This document shows positions 59,838 to 64,000 of a stretch of 64,000 bases of DNA, piece after piece. The stretch comes from an uncultured delta proteobacterium. Lineage in GTDB: Bacteria > Myxococcota_A > Polyangia > Polyangiales > Houyiibacteriaceae. Under the pieces are notes generated by a model. It was given only the letters and a program-made list of their open reading frames with translations. It did no database searches and was not told where the DNA came from. Every line of letters starts with the position of its first letter. The first letter of the stretch is position 1. The stretch is from contig CAVOVB010000002.1 of NCBI GenBank assembly GCA_963699755.1, positions 128,001 through 192,000 of the forward strand. The letters run 5' to 3'. Made by a program: the position numbers and the translations under genes.

Positions 59838-61070
59838 CTACTCGGTCAGCGCGCCGGCGCCACCCATGTGGTAGCCCTCTTCGCCATGCAGATTGGTATC
59901 GAGCCCTTCGCTCTCTTCGTCGCCGCTCACGCGCAGGCCAAGCGTGGCATCGAGGATCTTCAGGATGACGAAAGTCAGGACGACCGAATAGGCTGCGGCC
60001 GCGAGCACGCCGATGATGTTCTCTACGAAGAGCTGGCTGTTGCCGCCGATCAAACCGTCGGTTCCGCCCCAGAGGGCACTCGCGAATACCCCGGTCAAGA
60101 CTGCTCCGAGCGCGCCGCCCACACCATGAATGCCAAACGCGTCGAGCGCGTCGTCGTAGCCGATTTTGCCCTTCAGCATCACGGCGCCGTAGCAGACCGG
60201 ACCGGCCACGAGCCCCATCAGCACTGCTGAGGTGGGGCCGACATAGCCCGCAGCCGGCGTGATGCACACTAGACCGGCTACCAAACCCGAGGCGACACCG
60301 AGTGCAGTAGGTTTCCCTTGCTTGATCCATTCGACGAGGGCCCAGGCCAACGCTGCAGCGCCAGCCGACAGGTGAGTATTCACCAGTGCGAGCGCGGCAT
60401 TCTCATTCGAGGCAAGGGCGCTGCCCGCATTGAACCCGAACCAGCCAAACCAAAGCATCCCAGCCCCGAGCAAGGTCAAGGTCAGATTGTGCGGCGGGCC
60501 GGGACGAGAACGGCGCCCGATGACCAGAGCGCAAACCAACGCCGCAGCCCCTGAGGAGAGATGAACGACGGTGCCGCCCGCGAAGTCGAGCGCGCCGCGA
60601 GCGCGGAGCCAACCGTCCGGCCCCCAGACCCAGTGGCAAATCGGGTCATAGACCAGAGTCGCCCACAAGAGGATGAACAAGAAGTAGGACGAGAATTTCA
60701 TCCTCTCGGCGATGGCGCCGGAAATCAGCGCCGGCGTGATGATCGCGAACATCATCTGGAAGGCCATGAACAAGATATGCGGAATGGTGGAGCCCGCTTG
60801 CGGCTCCAGCCCGACACCGTTCAACAAAGCGTATTCGAAACCGCCAATGAAGCCTCCGCCCAGGTCCGAGCCGAACGAAAGCGAGTAGCCGATCACCACC
60901 CATTGAAGCGTGATGATTCCGAGCGCGATGAAGCTGTGCATGAACGAGGACAGCACGTTCTTGGAGCCGACCATGCCGCCATAAAAAAGCGCCAAGCCCG
61001 GTGTCATCAGCATCACGAGTGCACACGACACCATGAGCCATGCCGTATCCGCCTGGTTGAGAGCATCCAT
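59838..61070 (-). CDS. amtB: Ammonium transporter
   Basis: MTPGLALFYGG, FQMMFAIIT.ALISGA.AER, DFAGGTVVH, WFGWFGFNAGS, DDALDAFGIHG. Confidence 0.96.
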   Translation of the reverse strand: MDALNQADTAWLMVSCALVMLMTPGLALFYGGMVGSKNVLSSFMHSFIALGIITLQWVVIGYSLSFGSDLGGGFIGGFEYALLNGVGLEPQAGSTIPHILFMAFQMMFAIITPALISGAIAERMKFSSYFLFILLWATLVYDPICHWVWGPDGWLRARGALDFAGGTVVHLSSGAAALVCALVIGRRSRPGPPHNLTLTLLGAGMLWFGWFGFNAGSALASNENAALALVNTHLSAGAAALAWALVEWIKQGKPTALGVASGLVAGLVCITPAAGYVGPTSAVLMGLVAGPVCYGAVMLKGKIGYDDALDAFGIHGVGGALGAVLTGVFASALWGGTDGLIGGNSQLFVENIIGVLAAAAYSVVLTFVILKILDATLGLRVSGDEESEGLDTNLHGEEGYHMGGAGALTE

Positions 61071-61306
61071 CCCCGGTTCCTCCTTTGAAGTTGGCGGAGC
61101 GTAGATCCGGGGTGTTTCAGGCCGATGTGTCGAGCATTTCCGGCTTGTTTCAACGCGCTGACAGACCCCAAACCCCGAAATTGCTGCATTTTCGACCTTC
61201 GACAGGGGTGCATGCAGCGGTGATTTCGGTTACAACTGCCGTCCGGCAGGCCACACCCCCGGGAGCGGGTGGAAACGGCGGCCGACAACCAAGAGAGGCA
61301 AGTTCA

Positions 61307-61648
61307 ATGAAATCTGCAGCCGAGTTCTTCGAGAAGTTTGAGAAGAGAGCCGCCGAAAACACCGACGCGGCCACCGCCCCCAACGCGATCTACCAGTTCA
61401 ACATCACGGGTGACGATGGGGGTGAGTGGAGCTTGGACTGTACGAAGGGCAAGACCAGCGACTTCGTCAGCAAGGGCACTCACGCGAGCCCCGGCGCGAC
61501 CATTACCGTGTCCGCTGAAGATTGGCTTGGGATGCTCAACGGCTCACTGAACCCCATGCAGGCCTTCATGTCCGGCAAGATCAAAATCGACGGCGACATG
61601 ACGTTGGCCATGAGCCTCCAGCAGGTGATGAACCTGGCTCAAGACTGA
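61307..61648 (+). CDS. SCP2 sterol/lipid-binding domain protein
   Basis: YQF.ITG..GGEW, G.LNPMQAFMSGKIKIDGDM.LAM.L; ATG at 61307. Confidence 0.9.
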   Translation: MKSAAEFFEKFEKRAAENTDAATAPNAIYQFNITGDDGGEWSLDCTKGKTSDFVSKGTHASPGATITVSAEDWLGMLNGSLNPMQAFMSGKIKIDGDMTLAMSLQQVMNLAQD

Positions 61649-61672
61649 GCCATCGTAATTCTGACTGGATTG

Positions 61673-61704
61673 GGGTGGCTTCTAGTTTTGGGGCCACCCT
61701 TTTT
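61673..61704 (+). terminator. Intrinsic terminator after the SCP2 gene
   Basis: GGGTGGC...GCCACCC stem followed by TTTTT. Confidence 0.65.
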
Positions 61705-61713
61705 CGTGAGCCG

Positions 61714-62328
61714 ATGCCTTCAAGCAACCGACCAAGCGATCCTTCCCGCACCAGGCTCAGCCCTGAAGAGCGTCAACAGCAGCTCTTGCGAGTCACATCG
61801 GACATCATCGCCGCCGCCGGTGTCGATAACGTACGCATTCCCTATGTCGCCGCAGCCGCGGGAATCACCAGGCCGGTCGTGTACAAGTTCTTTCCGAACC
61901 GACATGAGTTGATCAAGGGCGTGCTGGAGGATTTCCGAGAGGACTTCGCGCGCCGCACGCCGGACATCCTGCATTCGGAACAAGACGCCGACATCGCAAC
62001 GATCGCCCGCGGCTTCATCGACGCCGCCTGCGACACGATAGAGGCAAAGGGCTCAGGTGGCTGGCAGTTGCTTCGCTCGGTCGGTCCCGATCAGGAGATC
62101 TCCGCGATTAGCAAGGATTTCCGGGGGCAGCTCGTCCAGCCCTGGCTCCTCCCGCTGCGCGAGCTCACCGGGGTGGATGACGCCGAGGCCGAGGCGCTCG
62201 CTGACATGTTTCTCACGGGCGCCGGCGAAATCCTACAGCGATGGATCGAGGGTGAGTTTTCGCGGCAGCAGGTCGCCACGCTACTTGGCCGAATCATCCT
62301 CGCCGTGCTGAGCGAGTTCACGGAGTAA
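61714..62328 (+). CDS. TetR/AcrR family transcriptional regulator
   Basis: RLSPEER..QLL, VAAAAGITRPVVYKFFPNR helix-turn-helix. Confidence 0.9.
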   Translation: MPSSNRPSDPSRTRLSPEERQQQLLRVTSDIIAAAGVDNVRIPYVAAAAGITRPVVYKFFPNRHELIKGVLEDFREDFARRTPDILHSEQDADIATIARGFIDAACDTIEAKGSGGWQLLRSVGPDQEISAISKDFRGQLVQPWLLPLRELTGVDDAEAEALADMFLTGAGEILQRWIEGEFSRQQVATLLGRIILAVLSEFTE

Positions 62329-62329
62329 G

Positions 62330-63232
62330 ATGACGATGGTTTCCGAGATATTCGACCGGTCCAAGTGGACCGAGGTTCGAGGCTTCGAGCTCGAAGACAT
62401 CACCTATCACCGTGCAAAGGAACACGGCACGGTCCGCATCGCCTTCAACCGACCCGAGGTGCGTAACGCGTTTCGTCCGGGCACGGTCGACGAGCTCTAC
62501 CGGGCGCTCGACCATGCGCGGCAGAGCTCCGACGTAGGCTGCGTGCTCCTCACGGGCAACGGGCCTTCTCCCAAGGACGGAGGCTGGGCGTTCTGCTCGG
62601 GCGGCGACCAGCGCATCCGGGGCAAGGACGGCTACAAATACGAAACCGATTCCGCCGGGGAGATCGATCCGGCGCGCCTCGGTCGTTTGCACATCCTCGA
62701 AGTGCAACGCCTGATCCGTTTCATGCCCAAGATCGTGATCGCAGTCGTCCCGGGTTGGGCGGTAGGCGGCGGACACAGCCTGCACGTCGTCTGCGACCTG
62801 ACCATCGCCAGCGAGGAGCATGCTGTCTTCAAACAGACCGACCCGGACGTCGCGAGCTTCGATAGCGGCTATGGCTCCGCCCTTCTCGCGCGACAGGTCG
62901 GTCAGAAGAAAGCCCGTGAGGTGTTCTTCGTGGGCCTCAACTACAGCGCCCAAGAAGCTGCCGAAATGGGCATGGTCAACGCCGTGGTGCCCCATGCCGA
63001 GCTTGAGGATTTCGCCCTCGGCTGGGCCAAAGAGGTCAATTCGAAGAGCCCGACCGCCATGCGAATGCTGAAGTTCGGATTCAACATGGTCGACGATGGC
63101 CTCGTCGGGCAGCAGCTGTTCGCAGGTGAGGCCACCCGCTTGGCCTACGGAACCGAGGAGGCTCGAGAAGGCCGCGACGCCTTCCTCGAAAAGCGTCCAC
63201 AGGATTACAAAAAGTTCCCCTGGCACTACTGA
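62330..63232 (+). CDS. menB: 1,4-dihydroxy-2-naphthoyl-CoA synthase
   Basis: RPEVRNAFRP.TVDEL, AFCSGGDQR.RG, GGGHSLHVVCD, SFD.GYG, QQLFAGEATRLAY. Confidence 0.96.
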   Translation: MTMVSEIFDRSKWTEVRGFELEDITYHRAKEHGTVRIAFNRPEVRNAFRPGTVDELYRALDHARQSSDVGCVLLTGNGPSPKDGGWAFCSGGDQRIRGKDGYKYETDSAGEIDPARLGRLHILEVQRLIRFMPKIVIAVVPGWAVGGGHSLHVVCDLTIASEEHAVFKQTDPDVASFDSGYGSALLARQVGQKKAREVFFVGLNYSAQEAAEMGMVNAVVPHAELEDFALGWAKEVNSKSPTAMRMLKFGFNMVDDGLVGQQLFAGEATRLAYGTEEAREGRDAFLEKRPQDYKKFPWHY

Positions 63233-63335
63233 GCCAAGGCTATTGCCAACAAAAAGTCCGATCTGGGGTACACTTCTCCAATTGGACCCAAACCAAAAAC
63301 GTGCCAATTGAGCACATCGGAGAACGGAGCAAGTC

Positions 63336-63794
63336 ATCTCAAGCAAGATATTCGTAGGGAACCTCAACTTTGGCACGACCGACGAAGAGCTACGTGAGCT
63401 CTTCGGGGAGATCGGGGAGGTCGTTGATGTTCACATTCCCAAGGATCGCGAATCCGGACGTCCCAGAGGGTTCGCATTCGTCCGGTTCGCGGCTGAAGAG
63501 CATGCCGCCCAAGCCGTCGAGAAGTTCCACGGACGCGAAGTCGGCGGACGCGAGCTGCGGCTGGACATCGCGGAGGACCGGCCCCGGCCCCCACGTCAGC
63601 GGCGCGATTTCGGCGGCCCGCCACCGGACCGCTACAATCGCGGTGGCGACCCGGGCGGCGGAGACTTCGATCGCGGCGGCAGTTACGACCGTGGCGGCGG
63701 CTACGAACGCGGCGGCGACGGTCGCTCGTTCGAGAAGCCGAAGAAGCCCAAAGGTAGTCGCCGAGGTCTGCGCGGCAAGAAGCGAAGCCTGTAG
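63336..63794 (+). CDS. RRM (RNP-1) RNA-binding protein with RGG-rich and basic tail; probable non-canonical ATC start
   Basis: Manual translation: (I/M)SSKIFVGNLNFGTTDEELRELFGEIGEVVDVHIPKDRESGRPRGFAFVRF...KGSRRGLRGKKRSL*. RNP2 (IFVGNL) and RNP1 (RGFAFVRF) are intact. In-frame TGA at 63309; GGAG 6 nt before ATC. Confidence 0.88.
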   Translation: MSSKIFVGNLNFGTTDEELRELFGEIGEVVDVHIPKDRESGRPRGFAFVRFAAEEHAAQAVEKFHGREVGGRELRLDIAEDRPRPPRQRRDFGGPPPDRYNRGGDPGGGDFDRGGSYDRGGGYERGGDGRSFEKPKKPKGSRRGLRGKKRSL

Positions 63795-63861
63795 CGGCCT
63801 GGTCCTCGTGGGGCGTATTGCGCCCCTCGAGCAGTGCCCACAGCTTCTGTGGCTCAAAAAA

Positions 63862-63891
63862 TCTCGGGCGAGGCGTTAGCCCCGCCCGAGA
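63862..63891. terminator. GC-rich hairpin downstream of the RRM gene (possible terminator)
   Basis: TCTCGGGCG...CGCCCGAGA stem, preceded by an A-run and followed shortly by a T-run. Confidence 0.5.
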
Positions 63892-64000
63892 GCCCGTTTT
63901 TCTTGTACCCCCAAGGAGTGTGAACGCGATCTACCGTGTCGAAGGGTCGCTGGAGAGCCGTCGACAGTCGTACGGTAAAGCTCCGAAGCCACCGTTGTCA

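Noticed and set aside
63243..63274. sigma70-like promoter TTGCCA...TACACT upstream of the RRM gene
   Set aside because: The spacer is 20 bp, too long for a canonical -35/-10 pair.
63370..63879. ORF-track calls 63370-63879 (+) and 63390-63857 (-)
   Set aside because: Alternative frames over the RRM gene; only the 63336 frame has RNP motifs.
63920..64000. Possible CDS start (GTG after AAGGAG) at the right edge
   Set aside because: Only 27 codons are visible, SD spacing is too short and there is no motif.

Overview
A high-GC bacterial chromosomal window, most likely from Myxococcota/Polyangia. This is inferred from two MYXO-CTERM-like sorting tails, several Gly-rich-tethered lipoproteins and an SCE4755-like protein. 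It is densely coding, with about 65 CDSs. In order it contains: (1) the end of an aryl-polyene/xanthomonadin-type cluster (ammonia-lyase, acyltransferases, GT2, AMP-ligase/dehydratase fusion, ACP) with a divergent flavin halogenase and O-methyltransferase; (2) mixed metabolic and secreted genes (LPMO-like protein, metF, GH31, ppk1); (3) a TetR-associated lipoprotein trio of a parallel beta-helix protein, a diheme cytochrome and a MauG/bCcP-family peroxidase; (4) lipid, NAD and stress genes (nadE, GNAT-sirtuin, msrA, FadL, LMF); (5) a ~200-bp MITE-like element with perfect terminal inverted repeats; (6) a complete 9-gene V/A-type ATPase operon; (7) a FadE23/24-like ACAD pair, a eukaryote-like MAPR/PGRMC1 heme protein, amtB, SCP2 and menB; and (8) an RRM RNA-binding gene missed by the ORF track because it has no ATG/GTG/TTG start (probable ATC start). 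No rRNA, tRNA, CRISPR array or transposase was seen. Family assignments come from recalled motifs, not database searches.
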